Origin: a virus
Lineage: Duplodnaviria; Caudoviricetes
Reading direction: 5' to 3' (one strand)
Virus record (IMG/VR): IMGVR_UViG_3300029288_004596
Location: 152,900 to 216,899 of that record
Length of the DNA: 64,000 bases
Shown here: positions 1 through 8,024 of the stretch, in pieces
Position numbering within the stretch: position 1 is the first letter of the stretch
Layout: each line of letters begins with the position of its first letter
Program-made: the position numbers and the translations under genes
The notes under the pieces: generated by a model
What the model was told of the DNA's origin: nothing
Databases searched by the model: none
The model's input: the letters and a program-made list of their open reading frames with translations, nothing else

Positions 1-38
1 CATTATTATGATCCTTGTATACTTCTTAAGTAGGCGCC

Positions 39-446
39 ATGAAAACTTTGCTCGTTATTCTTTTAATGTTGAGTGTCATCCCAGCATATGGGTATGTCAT
101 AGAATTCAAGGTGGAGACCGAGTGCTATAACAATTCTATCCCTATCAGTTCTTTTAGCATGTTCTTATACACCCTGCCTTATGGAGTAGATATCTCCGAC
201 AACACAGGACTGACGCATGGGAGAATTGATGTTTTATCCATGGACTTGTTATGGAACTCAGTTCTCAGGCTTGATGTTAGCTACAGGGAGGTCATCACTA
301 AGAACATTGTAATCAATGTCAGAGGAGAATTGAATGAAGAAAACATTGCTAGTCCTGGCGCTGTTGCTGGTCCCTATGATCTGTTCAGCGCAAGTTACAG
401 CCACATGGGAGAGGGCGGGGTGGACCTTAAAGGCGTCCTACCTTAA
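39..446 (+). CDS. hypothetical exported protein
   Basis: ORF with signal-peptide-like N-terminus MKTLLVILLMLSVIPAYG; overlaps next ORF by 113 nt. Confidence 0.5.
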   Translation: MKTLLVILLMLSVIPAYGYVIEFKVETECYNNSIPISSFSMFLYTLPYGVDISDNTGLTHGRIDVLSMDLLWNSVLRLDVSYREVITKNIVINVRGELNEENIASPGAVAGPYDLFSASYSHMGEGGVDLKGVLP

Positions 447-834
447 TCCCAATCCTGTAGCTGGAAGTTCTATCAGCATTCCATTGGCTGAGACCTATGA
501 GATAGATGGGGTTCCAGCCACTACGGCTCCCATAGATATAAACGCTTCTCTCACAGTGGGCTCTTCCACTATTAATAAGCGTTGGTCCACTAAAGGAGCT
601 TTGACATCTGTGCTTACCTTGGAGGCTCCAGTCACTAACTCAAGTGGAGAAGTTAAACTTTTAACTGATGGAACTCTGAGCGTAAAAGTTATAGCCCCCA
701 ATGATGGAGTTATACATTCAGTGACATTTAGACTTGTGTATAAAAGTCCATTCATGGCGGCCTGGATGAATCTTATAGTTCAGGCTTATCCCCAGGAAGC
801 GGCTTTGACCGTGCAGTCCTTGTTCAGTGGATAG
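334..834 (+). CDS. hypothetical exported beta-rich protein
   Basis: signal peptide MKKTLLVLALLLVPMICSA; AGAGGAG SD upstream; coupled to array ORF1 via GTGGATAG. Confidence 0.7.
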   Translation: MKKTLLVLALLLVPMICSAQVTATWERAGWTLKASYLNPNPVAGSSISIPLAETYEIDGVPATTAPIDINASLTVGSSTINKRWSTKGALTSVLTLEAPVTNSSGEVKLLTDGTLSVKVIAPNDGVIHSVTFRLVYKSPFMAAWMNLIVQAYPQEAALTVQSLFSG

Positions 835-1012
835 AGCTTGTGTGCTAGAGAATGTAAAGTATGAGCCCCTAGATCCTAGGGGTTTTTCTTATTGTATAGG
901 GGGCGAGTATCATGTTTTCTTTATAATAGATGGTGGCATTAGCGTCCCAAAGATTGTAAGGGCTGTGGAGAAGCATTTGTCATCTCCTATTATGAGGTGC
1001 AGGTTTGGCTAA
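827..1012 (+). CDS. RxxxG array member 1
   Basis: MDRACVLE...MRCRFG*. Confidence 0.8.
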   Translation: MDRACVLENVKYEPLDPRGFSYCIGGEYHVFFIIDGGISVPKIVRAVEKHLSSPIMRCRFG

Positions 1013-1178
1013 GTACTACGTTTCTGCCACGGACAAGTGTGAACGCACGGAGTCTATTATTTGCTATTCCTTCAGGATGGGGATGACTCCCAGCTCCACA
1101 GCCAGTTTCCTAGCTTATGTTTACTCCTTACCTGAGCTTGTCCTCAAGGAAACTGAGGTAAGGTGTCTTCATGGGTAG
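1005..1178 (+). CDS. RxxxG array member 2
   Basis: TTG start; ...DKCERTE...VRCLHG*. Confidence 0.75.
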   Translation: MAKYYVSATDKCERTESIICYSFRMGMTPSSTASFLAYVYSLPELVLKETEVRCLHG

Positions 1179-1311
1179 CGACATCTGCAGACTTGTGGAG
1201 TGCTTCATAGACCTCTTCGGGTACAAGGAATACTCTACTCTCTATTGGGTATATTCTTTCCTTGAAAGAAGGGAGTACCTCACAGATAAGTACAAGGTGA
1301 AGTATGGGTAA
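1171..1311 (+). CDS. RxxxG array member 3
   Basis: MGSDICRLVE...YKVKYG*. Confidence 0.8.
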   Translation: MGSDICRLVECFIDLFGYKEYSTLYWVYSFLERREYLTDKYKVKYG

Positions 1312-1447
1312 CAGTGATATCTGTGCGCTTATAGAGTTCTATATATATTGCCTTGAGAAAACAGATAGTGACCTCTTCAGGTGGCTATCCCTCTACCTTG
1401 ACAGCACAGAAGATACCACAGAGTTCTACAGGTTGGACTATGGATAA
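1304..1447 (+). CDS. RxxxG array member 4
   Basis: MGNSDICALIE...YRLDYG*. Confidence 0.8.
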   Translation: MGNSDICALIEFYIYCLEKTDSDLFRWLSLYLDSTEDTTEFYRLDYG

Positions 1448-1613
1448 AGAGTCTCTCGCTCCTAGGGATAGTTGCGACATTATAGAGAACTGTATAGACC
1501 GAGTCTGGAGCTGGGATGTAGATGAGAAAACCGTTGCTGGATGGATCAAAGTTCTGGAGGTCACCAGGGACCTCGGGTATATGCCGGATGACCTAAGGGT
1601 GGAACATGGGTAA
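1440..1613 (+). CDS. RxxxG array member 5
   Basis: MDKESLAPRDSCDIIE...LRVEHG*. Confidence 0.8.
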   Translation: MDKESLAPRDSCDIIENCIDRVWSWDVDEKTVAGWIKVLEVTRDLGYMPDDLRVEHG

Positions 1614-1740
1614 GGATATTTGCGAGGTAATAGAATTTTCTATCCGTGACTCCAAGAAGAGCGTTCTCTCCTGGGTATGGTATTACTTAGAAGCCTATCT
1701 CCCTTTCATCACAGACATGTGGAGGTGCAAGCGTGGGTGA
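1606..1740 (+). CDS. RxxxG array member 6
   Basis: MGKDICEVIE...WRCKRG*. Confidence 0.8.
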   Translation: MGKDICEVIEFSIRDSKKSVLSWVWYYLEAYLPFITDMWRCKRG

Positions 1741-1867
1741 CGATATCTGCTTTCTGATAGAAGCTTCTATTTATAATTCCCAGAAGAATATTCTTTCTCT
1801 GGTGTGGTATTACCTGGAGGTTATTACCCCTTCCACTTCAGATATGTACAGGTGCAAACGTGGATAA
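1733..1867 (+). CDS. RxxxG array member 7
   Basis: GTG start; MGDDICFLIE...YRCKRG*; close paralog of member 6. Confidence 0.8.
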   Translation: MGDDICFLIEASIYNSQKNILSLVWYYLEVITPSTSDMYRCKRG

Positions 1868-2006
1868 TGATATACCAGAACTAGTAGAGTATTATATATG
1901 CACACTCTCTAAGTATGACCTCATGGAACCTTGTCTAGTATGGCTCCAGGACTACATGGAGGATGCAGATAACAGGATGGATAAGCTCAGGGCAGACTAT
2001 GGATAA
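1860..2006 (+). CDS. RxxxG array member 8
   Basis: MDNDIPELVE...LRADYG*. Confidence 0.8.
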   Translation: MDNDIPELVEYYICTLSKYDLMEPCLVWLQDYMEDADNRMDKLRADYG

Positions 2007-2139
2007 TGATATCTGCGAGTTGGTGGAATACTATATCTGCACATCCTCCAAAGGAACTCCCACTCTTTACTGGGTGAAAGTCTATTTGGAAGAGACTATC
2101 CCTCTTATCTCAGATAGGAGACGGGCTACTTGTGGATAA
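1999..2139 (+). CDS. RxxxG array member 9
   Basis: MDNDICELVE...RRATCG*. Confidence 0.8.
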   Translation: MDNDICELVEYYICTSSKGTPTLYWVKVYLEETIPLISDRRRATCG

Positions 2140-2284
2140 TGACATTTGTGAATTAACAGAGTACTATATAGACTACTGGGTTGAAGGGGAGCTCTTTTCT
2201 CCTCCGGATGTTTCCCGCTGGATCCTGGAGTACCTGGAAGACATGAGAAACTTTGATGATCTCAACAGAGCAGAAGATGGGTAA
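2132..2284 (+). CDS. RxxxG array member 10
   Basis: MDNDICELTE...NRAEDG*. Confidence 0.8.
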   Translation: MDNDICELTEYYIDYWVEGELFSPPDVSRWILEYLEDMRNFDDLNRAEDG

Positions 2285-2417
2285 TGACATATGCGAGCTA
2301 GTGGAATACTTTATCTACAACTGGCCATTCAGTGAGCGCATTCTTCCTTGGGTGCAGTATTACTTGGAAGAAAAAGCGCCTTTAGCGTCAGATAAGTATA
2401 GGGTGGAACGTGGATAA
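2277..2417 (+). CDS. RxxxG array member 11
   Basis: MGNDICELVE...YRVERG*. Confidence 0.8.
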   Translation: MGNDICELVEYFIYNWPFSERILPWVQYYLEEKAPLASDKYRVERG

Positions 2418-2562
2418 TGACATATGTGAGTTGGTAGAATGCTATGTTTTCAACTTCTTTGAGGAGTTTCCTTTCATTAGACCATCTGTGCTCTGCTGGG
2501 TAATAAGATACTTAGAGGATCTAGAAAACTTTGATGACGTTGGCAGGGTAAACTATGGATAG
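2410..2562 (+). CDS. RxxxG array member 12
   Basis: MDNDICELVE...GRVNYG*. Confidence 0.8.
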   Translation: MDNDICELVECYVFNFFEEFPFIRPSVLCWVIRYLEDLENFDDVGRVNYG

Positions 2563-2713
2563 AGACATATGTGAATTAATAGAATACTATATAACTGAGA
2601 TCCATTTCCCTAAGCGCACTTACATCACCCTTAGCTGGGCTCATGATATGCTGGAGGACGCCAGCTGCTTGATGGTCAGCAACTACCCTCCATATAGAGT
2701 AGACTATGGATAG
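2555..2713 (+). CDS. RxxxG array member 13
   Basis: MDRDICELIE...YRVDYG*. Confidence 0.8.
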   Translation: MDRDICELIEYYITEIHFPKRTYITLSWAHDMLEDASCLMVSNYPPYRVDYG

Positions 2714-2882
2714 AGACATATGTGAAATGGTAGAGCATTTTCTAATTTATGTTCATCCTCATAAGTTCCTTTATGCCTCTAGACACTACCACATGTGTCT
2801 CTTATGGGTATCTGATGCTCTGGGTGTTGTGGAGGACTTCTCAGAAAAGGGCTATCTTTTGTATAGGAACATGTATGGATAA
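2706..2882 (+). CDS. RxxxG array member 14
   Basis: MDRDICEMVE...YRNMYG*. Confidence 0.8.
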   Translation: MDRDICEMVEHFLIYVHPHKFLYASRHYHMCLLWVSDALGVVEDFSEKGYLLYRNMYG

Positions 2883-3147
2883 GTGTTTTCTCCTAGATGG
2901 GCTAGCTGCAGACCTGTGTCGAACTATGTACATGGATGACCAGCTGAGGTGGGTAACCTCCTACTTCTGGTTCTACTTTGACATGATTCTAGTTGATGAT
3001 AACGGCGCTAAGTTTACTGTCTATACTCCTGGTTATAAGCATCTTAAAACCCTGCACTTCAAGGAGTCTGGTTTGTCCCTTGATCAGTTGATGGTGCTGG
3101 CAGTAGAATACTTTGAGGCTACCAAGAACAGGTGCAGGTATGGATAG
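2875..3147 (+). CDS. RxxxG array member 15
   Basis: MDKCFLLD...NRCRYG*. Confidence 0.8.
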   Translation: MDKCFLLDGLAADLCRTMYMDDQLRWVTSYFWFYFDMILVDDNGAKFTVYTPGYKHLKTLHFKESGLSLDQLMVLAVEYFEATKNRCRYG

Positions 3148-3292
3148 CGATGTCTGTGACCTTGTCGAGTGCTATATATGTGATCGTCTCTATGGATTTG
3201 GAGCTGAGAAACGAGGAGTTCTCGTCTGGCTCCTTTGGTTCCTAGAGGACTTAGATAACTTTGATGATTATTGTAGGGTGCGCAGTGGATAG
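3140..3292 (+). CDS. RxxxG array member 16
   Basis: MDSDVCDLVE...CRVRSG*. Confidence 0.8.
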   Translation: MDSDVCDLVECYICDRLYGFGAEKRGVLVWLLWFLEDLDNFDDYCRVRSG

Positions 3293-3560
3293 ATGTTCTC
3301 TTCTGGATGAGTTGGACTTAGTATTGTCCCGCCCCTCCCTTAGGTCGAATCCTTTAGGGTGGTTAAATAGCTATATCAGGTTTCGTTTCTATATAACTTT
3401 AGTCCACGGCGATAAAGGAGTTGTGGTTGTGCCTTTAGATAGCATTGTTTACTCTGATGTCCTGGGCTTCAAGGAGGTTGGGTTGACTCTAGATGAAGTG
3501 GTGGGGTTAGTCTTGGATTATTTTCATGTATCCTCGGAGAATAGGTGCATGTATGGATAA
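3285..3560 (+). CDS. RxxxG array member 17
   Basis: MDRCSLLD...NRCMYG*; paralog of 15. Confidence 0.8.
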   Translation: MDRCSLLDELDLVLSRPSLRSNPLGWLNSYIRFRFYITLVHGDKGVVVVPLDSIVYSDVLGFKEVGLTLDEVVGLVLDYFHVSSENRCMYG

Positions 3561-3804
3561 GTGCGACCTCGTAGAGACTGTGCTAGTTAGGTGTCTGGAC
3601 GTTCCTTGGCGTGTTGTAAGCCCTATAAACTACTGGCACTCTTATCTTAGGATTGATGTGAACCTCGAGAACCTGACTATGAAGCTTAACTATTTCCCAA
3701 AGTATTCAGGTGAGCTCTCTTTCCATGAGTCTACCTCTGTGTTCAATATATTCTATGGAAGGTTTGTATTTGGGCTTGACGCATACAGGTGCGATAATGG
3801 ATAA
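3553..3804 (+). CDS. RxxxG array member 18
   Basis: MDKCDLVE...YRCDNG*. Confidence 0.8.
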   Translation: MDKCDLVETVLVRCLDVPWRVVSPINYWHSYLRIDVNLENLTMKLNYFPKYSGELSFHESTSVFNIFYGRFVFGLDAYRCDNG

Positions 3805-4048
3805 GTGTGATGTCATAGAGTGGACCTTGGCTAGATCCTTAGGATTACGCTGGGAGTCTGCGGAATCAATGGACTACTGGTATCGTTACATTAAGATGAA
3901 GGCTTTTGTCCCTTCCAAGACTATGCTCTTTAACTATAGAGGAACCCACTCGGAAACCTTCTCTTTCTATGAGTCTTCAGTATCCTTTAATAACTCCTTC
4001 CTAAAGTTTATAGGAAGATTCAAAGACTATAGGTGTAGGAATGGATAA
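3797..4048 (+). CDS. RxxxG array member 19
   Basis: MDKCDVIE...YRCRNG*; paralog of 18. Confidence 0.8.
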   Translation: MDKCDVIEWTLARSLGLRWESAESMDYWYRYIKMKAFVPSKTMLFNYRGTHSETFSFYESSVSFNNSFLKFIGRFKDYRCRNG

Positions 4049-4277
4049 ATGTGTTTACTTAGAAGAAGTGCATAAAGGCCTTGGTCTGGGCAATGCGGCT
4101 AGAGCTGTGGGAGTGGTGATCACTGTGGGAGATGACTATGGCATGATAGCTAATGATCGTCCACTTCCTAGAACATTTAAGAGTCTCTGGCCCACTGATG
4201 AAGTGTGTCTGGATGTGTTTGGTCTGCTGGAACAGCAACCAGAGCACCCAGCAAAGTACAGGGTGTACTTTGGGTGA
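4041..4277 (+). CDS. RxxxG array member 20
   Basis: MDKCVYLE...YRVYFG*. Confidence 0.8.
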   Translation: MDKCVYLEEVHKGLGLGNAARAVGVVITVGDDYGMIANDRPLPRTFKSLWPTDEVCLDVFGLLEQQPEHPAKYRVYFG

Positions 4278-4431
4278 CAACGGAGATATCTGCTCTCTCA
4301 TAGAATATTATATAGCCACCTATTTGTCTGGGGTGTTTAGAGAACATGCTTCCATCCCATATGTAAGCGTATGGGTTGGTGATTACGCTAAGGAATTAGA
4401 TAATTCTAAGTTGAGGTGTGTCTTTGGGTAG
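4270..4431 (+). CDS. RxxxG array member 21
   Basis: TTG start; MGDNGDICSLIE...LRCVFG*. Confidence 0.75.
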   Translation: MGDNGDICSLIEYYIATYLSGVFREHASIPYVSVWVGDYAKELDNSKLRCVFG

Positions 4432-4561
4432 CGATATACCAGCATGGATAGAGTGGTATATAACCACCAGTTCTAACTTTCCTGCCAATGTTCTCCACTG
4501 GTATCTGGATCACTTCCTGAACACAGACTTAGGTCCATATACTAGGAATCAAATAGGATAA
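4424..4561 (+). CDS. RxxxG array member 22
   Basis: TTG start; MGSDIPAWIE...TRNQIG*. Confidence 0.75.
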   Translation: MGSDIPAWIEWYITTSSNFPANVLHWYLDHFLNTDLGPYTRNQIG

Positions 4562-4564
4562 GCT

Positions 4565-4720
4565 ATGAACTGTGATATCTGCAGGTCAATAGAATCTTGT
4601 ATACTTTATAAATCAAAAGGTCTAAGTATATCTATGTCTACTCTCTGGTATACTCGTAGGTATGTTGACACCTACCCAGAAAACTTGGATAACTCCAGGT
4701 TGAGGTGCTACCTTGGGTAG
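4565..4720 (+). CDS. RxxxG array member 23
   Basis: MNCDICRSIE...LRCYLG*. Confidence 0.8.
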   Translation: MNCDICRSIESCILYKSKGLSISMSTLWYTRRYVDTYPENLDNSRLRCYLG

Positions 4721-4853
4721 TGACTTATCAGAACTCATAGAGTGGTTCAACTCTTCCAGTTACTTTTATCCTAAGAGAGATCACTTCCATAACTACTTAG
4801 CCTATTTCATGGCTACTGAACTAGCTAGCGAGGCGAGGTGTGTATCGGGGTGA
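4713..4853 (+). CDS. RxxxG array member 24
   Basis: TTG start; MGSDLSELIE...ARCVSG*. Confidence 0.75.
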   Translation: MGSDLSELIEWFNSSSYFYPKRDHFHNYLAYFMATELASEARCVSG

Positions 4854-4856
4854 CTT

Positions 4857-5012
4857 ATGGACTATGATATCTGCGAGATAATAGAGTTCTATGTGGAGTG
4901 CTATAGGCAGCATACCTATGGGCCTAGGACTCTTCTACAGGATGTGCGTTGCCGCATTAGCGACTATCCTGATGAACTGAATATGCCAATGTTAAGGACT
5001 ATGTATGGGTAA
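4857..5012 (+). CDS. RxxxG array member 25
   Basis: MDYDICEIIE...LRTMYG*. Confidence 0.8.
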   Translation: MDYDICEIIEFYVECYRQHTYGPRTLLQDVRCRISDYPDELNMPMLRTMYG

Positions 5013-5142
5013 TGATATATCTGAGTGCATAGAGTGGAGTCTGAGTCTGTTCTGTCCCTGCTCTAGAGAAGGTCTCCTAGTTCATCTAGGGTATCTTTTC
5101 CATACAGAGCTAAGTGACTTCACAAGGTGTATAATGGGATAA
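5005..5142 (+). CDS. RxxxG array member 26
   Basis: MGNDISECIE...TRCIMG*. Confidence 0.8.
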   Translation: MGNDISECIEWSLSLFCPCSREGLLVHLGYLFHTELSDFTRCIMG

Positions 5143-5267
5143 TGTATGATATAGCTATCTGGATAGAATACTTTCATAACTATGGTTTCCCTGAGGATAT
5201 GTTTCATAAGCTTATCCCAGATGGATGGAGTTTCTTCGACTCCTATTGTAGGTGTGTGGCAGGATGA
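5142..5267 (+). CDS. RxxxG array member 27
   Basis: MYDIAIWIE...CRCVAG*. Confidence 0.75.
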   Translation: MYDIAIWIEYFHNYGFPEDMFHKLIPDGWSFFDSYCRCVAG

Positions 5268-5398
5268 AGTATGATCTTTGTGTGATACTAGAGTACTCTA
5301 ATACATTCAGGTTCTCCGTCCAGGGACTCTCTTATGCTCTCCATGTGTTGGAGGATGAACTCCACTACAGTCCTGTCTATAGGTGTTATCAGGGGTGA
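5264..5398 (+). CDS. RxxxG array member 28
   Basis: MKYDLCVILE...YRCYQG*. Confidence 0.8.
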   Translation: MKYDLCVILEYSNTFRFSVQGLSYALHVLEDELHYSPVYRCYQG

Positions 5399-5400
5399 CT

Positions 5401-5622
5401 ATGGATAGACCAGCTATATATGAACAGTGGATAGAGCATGAGGATAATGGTTACTTAATACTTTCTAGTAGGGTTTATCTTCCTTGGGAGGGAGTTCCTA
5501 GGTTGATGACTGACCGTATTATTTTCCCATCTCTTAGAACTCCACCTGGAAGAAGAGAACTTGCTAATAAGATACTAGAGACTCTGGATGGAAATCAGGA
5601 ACTGAGGGTGCACTACGGATGA
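5401..5622 (+). CDS. RxxxG array member 29
   Basis: MDRPAIYE...LRVHYG*. Confidence 0.8.
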   Translation: MDRPAIYEQWIEHEDNGYLILSSRVYLPWEGVPRLMTDRIIFPSLRTPPGRRELANKILETLDGNQELRVHYG

Positions 5623-5753
5623 AATGGGATGTCTGTGTCATGGTGGAATTCTGTATGGATCATGTGATATTTCCTAGAACTGGCCACTATGTCCTTTGTG
5701 TTTTGGAGGATGAGTATCATTATAATCCTATGTACAGGTGCTACTGGGGGTAA
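5619..5753 (+). CDS. RxxxG array member 30
   Basis: MKWDVCVMVE...YRCYWG*; paralog of 28. Confidence 0.8.
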   Translation: MKWDVCVMVEFCMDHVIFPRTGHYVLCVLEDEYHYNPMYRCYWG

Positions 5754-5755
5754 TC

Positions 5756-5896
5756 ATGGACATCTGTTGGTTAATAGAGTACTATATATACTATGTGGTT
5801 AGAGCTAATAATTCTCGGTGTCTTAAGTCTATCTTGAGAACCCTGGAGGAGGAAGAGTACTGGTCAGATGATCAGGCTAGGGTCAGTCGTGGATAA
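5756..5896 (+). CDS. RxxxG array member 31
   Basis: MDICWLIE...ARVSRG*. Confidence 0.8.
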   Translation: MDICWLIEYYIYYVVRANNSRCLKSILRTLEEEEYWSDDQARVSRG

Positions 5897-5898
5897 CT

Positions 5899-6036
5899 AT
5901 GGACATATGTGAACTGATAAATACATACATCACTATCATATCCGACTCTAAGCACGCCCTCTGTTTGAACTTTGTCCTTAGAAACCTAGAGGATGAGAGT
6001 TACTACTATGAGGATGTGAGGTGTGAGTGGGGGTAG
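5899..6036 (+). CDS. RxxxG array member 32
   Basis: MDICELIN...VRCEWG*. Confidence 0.8.
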   Translation: MDICELINTYITIISDSKHALCLNFVLRNLEDESYYYEDVRCEWG

Positions 6037-6039
6037 GCT

Positions 6040-6192
6040 ATGGGACTGGATTTGTGTGTGGCAATAGAGTTCCTGGCTAGTCACTCCAGCTATGTTGACC
6101 CTGAGAGATCTTATTCAGAGTATGTGTTCAGTTTTATTGATCCCCGGGTCAGACAGTTTAATAATTCTAGCATGAGGAACGTGAATGGCTAA
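6040..6192 (+). CDS. RxxxG array member 33
   Basis: MGLDLCVAIE...MRNVNG*. Confidence 0.8.
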   Translation: MGLDLCVAIEFLASHSSYVDPERSYSEYVFSFIDPRVRQFNNSSMRNVNG

Positions 6193-6373
6193 TGAAGACA
6201 TCTGCGAGATAGTGGAGTACTACCTTGACAGTGCTTTTGATATTGATCCATGTGATATAATGTCATGGATAAAGAGTCTTCTAGAAGCTGAATGGACCGA
6301 GAAATCCCCCATATACATAGGGGACAATGTGTGGTCTACTGTGTTGGATGAGTACAGGAATAGAGAAGGATGA
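6185..6373 (+). CDS. RxxxG array member 34
   Basis: MANEDICEIVE...YRNREG*. Confidence 0.8.
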   Translation: MANEDICEIVEYYLDSAFDIDPCDIMSWIKSLLEAEWTEKSPIYIGDNVWSTVLDEYRNREG

Positions 6374-6504
6374 ACTTAGATGTCTGTGGGTATATAGAAT
6401 CCCTTATAATAATGTCTAATGCTCTTTGGCTACTTTTTCCTATGGACCCTGAGAACATGCTTACCAGATATGATAGTCCAAAGTACAGGTGTAACAACGG
6501 ATGA
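6370..6504 (+). CDS. RxxxG array member 35
   Basis: MNLDVCGYIE...YRCNNG*. Confidence 0.8.
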   Translation: MNLDVCGYIESLIIMSNALWLLFPMDPENMLTRYDSPKYRCNNG

Positions 6505-6635
6505 ACCTTGATATTTGCAGACATGTAGAGAGTTATATAAGACTCTGGCCTCACATAGGACTCGATGTCCCTTTTAGGTTAGGTCATATCCTTAGATGTT
6601 TAGCTAGCCCAGGGTACAGGTGCAGGCACGGATGA
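6501..6635 (+). CDS. RxxxG array member 36
   Basis: MNLDICRHVE...YRCRHG*. Confidence 0.8.
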   Translation: MNLDICRHVESYIRLWPHIGLDVPFRLGHILRCLASPGYRCRHG

Positions 6636-6775
6636 ACGTAGATGTTTGTTATTATATAGAGACTAGTATATCCATGTTGCACTGGCACCATATCAGGTCC
6701 TTGGCCTTCCCTCACGGATTCCAAATATCTGCTGAGAGGATGAATGATAGTAGGTTCAGGTGTGAGAATGGGTAA
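6632..6775 (+). CDS. RxxxG array member 37
   Basis: MNVDVCYYIE...FRCENG*. Confidence 0.8.
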   Translation: MNVDVCYYIETSISMLHWHHIRSLAFPHGFQISAERMNDSRFRCENG

Positions 6776-6929
6776 TGATATCTGTGAAATCGTAGAGCAC
6801 TTCATCTGGCTCAGGTACAGGAATGGTCCAGAGACATACCGAGCTCCGTTCCTTGTAGCTGTGTCCATAGTCTTAGGGACAGAACATCATCTTGTGGAGG
6901 ATTATGCGTTAAGAAACTTTAGGGGTTAA
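6768..6929 (+). CDS. RxxxG array member 38
   Basis: MGNDICEIVE...LRNFRG*. Confidence 0.8.
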   Translation: MGNDICEIVEHFIWLRYRNGPETYRAPFLVAVSIVLGTEHHLVEDYALRNFRG

Positions 6930-6930
6930 G

Positions 6931-7071
6931 ATGTTGCTGGATATCTGTAGGATTAGGGAGAGACATATAATCCAGGTCTCTAGATTTAAGTTCACTTGTT
7001 CAGTTAAATTCATTCTTTGGACTAACTCTGGTAGGTTTCATAACTCTAACTTCAGGGTTTGGAATGGATAG
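6931..7071 (+). CDS. RxxxG array member 39
   Basis: MLLDICRIRE...FRVWNG*. Confidence 0.8.
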   Translation: MLLDICRIRERHIIQVSRFKFTCSVKFILWTNSGRFHNSNFRVWNG

Positions 7072-7074
7072 ACT

Positions 7075-7224
7075 ATGGATATATGCAAACTTATAGAGAG
7101 TTATATAACAGCATGCAAATACGATCCTTTCAATCTTGTGCCCGTCCTTCACTGGGTGAGGAATGTCTTGTCTTCTCCCTCTGAGTGCCCAGAATATATA
7201 TGTCATAGGTGTAAGAATGGATAA
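7075..7224 (+). CDS. RxxxG array member 40
   Basis: MDICKLIE...HRCKNG*. Confidence 0.8.
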   Translation: MDICKLIESYITACKYDPFNLVPVLHWVRNVLSSPSECPEYICHRCKNG

Positions 7225-7435
7225 ACCAACTATATATGAAGAGTGGATAGTAAGCGGCATCTCATGCCTTCAGCTTTCTGAGGAAGTGCATCTGCCTTTG
7301 AATGGAATTCCTATCCTTCCTAACATCATAGTGACCTTTCCCATAGTCCCTATTGTCCATAGTAGGAAGAAGTACGCTGAGAATGTCCTTCGGACTCTTG
7401 ATTCCTGTCAGAACCTAAGGGTGTATTATGGGTAG
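7217..7435 (+). CDS. RxxxG array member 41
   Basis: MDKPTIYE...LRVYYG*; paralog of 29. Confidence 0.8.
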   Translation: MDKPTIYEEWIVSGISCLQLSEEVHLPLNGIPILPNIIVTFPIVPIVHSRKKYAENVLRTLDSCQNLRVYYG

Positions 7436-7580
7436 CAGGTGCATATGCTCTCTAGTAGAGAGCCTTATCAACGATAGGACTATATATGGTCTCTGGTTAG
7501 GAGCCCTCCTTGAGTGGGCTCTGATAATACTGGAGACTGAGAATCGCCTGGATGATCTCCGAAGGTGCTGCTGTGGATAA
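7428..7580 (+). CDS. RxxxG array member 42
   Basis: MGSRCICSLVE...RRCCCG*. Confidence 0.8.
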   Translation: MGSRCICSLVESLINDRTIYGLWLGALLEWALIILETENRLDDLRRCCCG

Positions 7581-7737
7581 CTCGGACATCTGCGAACTGA
7601 CAGAGTATATGATAGGACAGTGGATTGTGTATGGACTAGACCCTCCCTTTCCTCAGCCTACATTCTATGGATATCTTCTTGAGATACTGGAGGATGACTT
7701 CTTTGTAGAGGATGAAGTCAGGTGTAAACTTGGATAA
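7573..7737 (+). CDS. RxxxG array member 43
   Basis: MDNSDICELTE...VRCKLG*. Confidence 0.8.
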   Translation: MDNSDICELTEYMIGQWIVYGLDPPFPQPTFYGYLLEILEDDFFVEDEVRCKLG

Positions 7738-7879
7738 TGACATCTGTGAGATAATAGAGTACTCTATAGCTGATTGTGAGGTCCGAGACTATATGGAAGG
7801 AGAGTTCATGGATGAAGTCAAGGAGACCATGGAATCTAACTTTCCTTATGAGGACAGGTACAGGTGCTTCCATGGGTAA
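7730..7879 (+). CDS. RxxxG array member 44
   Basis: TTG start; MDNDICEIIE...YRCFHG*. Confidence 0.8.
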   Translation: MDNDICEIIEYSIADCEVRDYMEGEFMDEVKETMESNFPYEDRYRCFHG

Positions 7880-8024
7880 CAATGATATCTGTGAGCTTAT
7901 CGAGTATTCTATCTGGGATTACTTTGACTATGTCACTTTACATGAAGGGTTCTTAAAGGATGTGTTAGAGTGGCTAGAGGATACCACCTCTGATGGACAC
8001 TGGTATAGGTGCGTAGATGGATAG
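7872..8024 (+). CDS. RxxxG array member 45
   Basis: MGNNDICELIE...YRCVDG*. Confidence 0.8.
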   Translation: MGNNDICELIEYSIWDYFDYVTLHEGFLKDVLEWLEDTTSDGHWYRCVDG

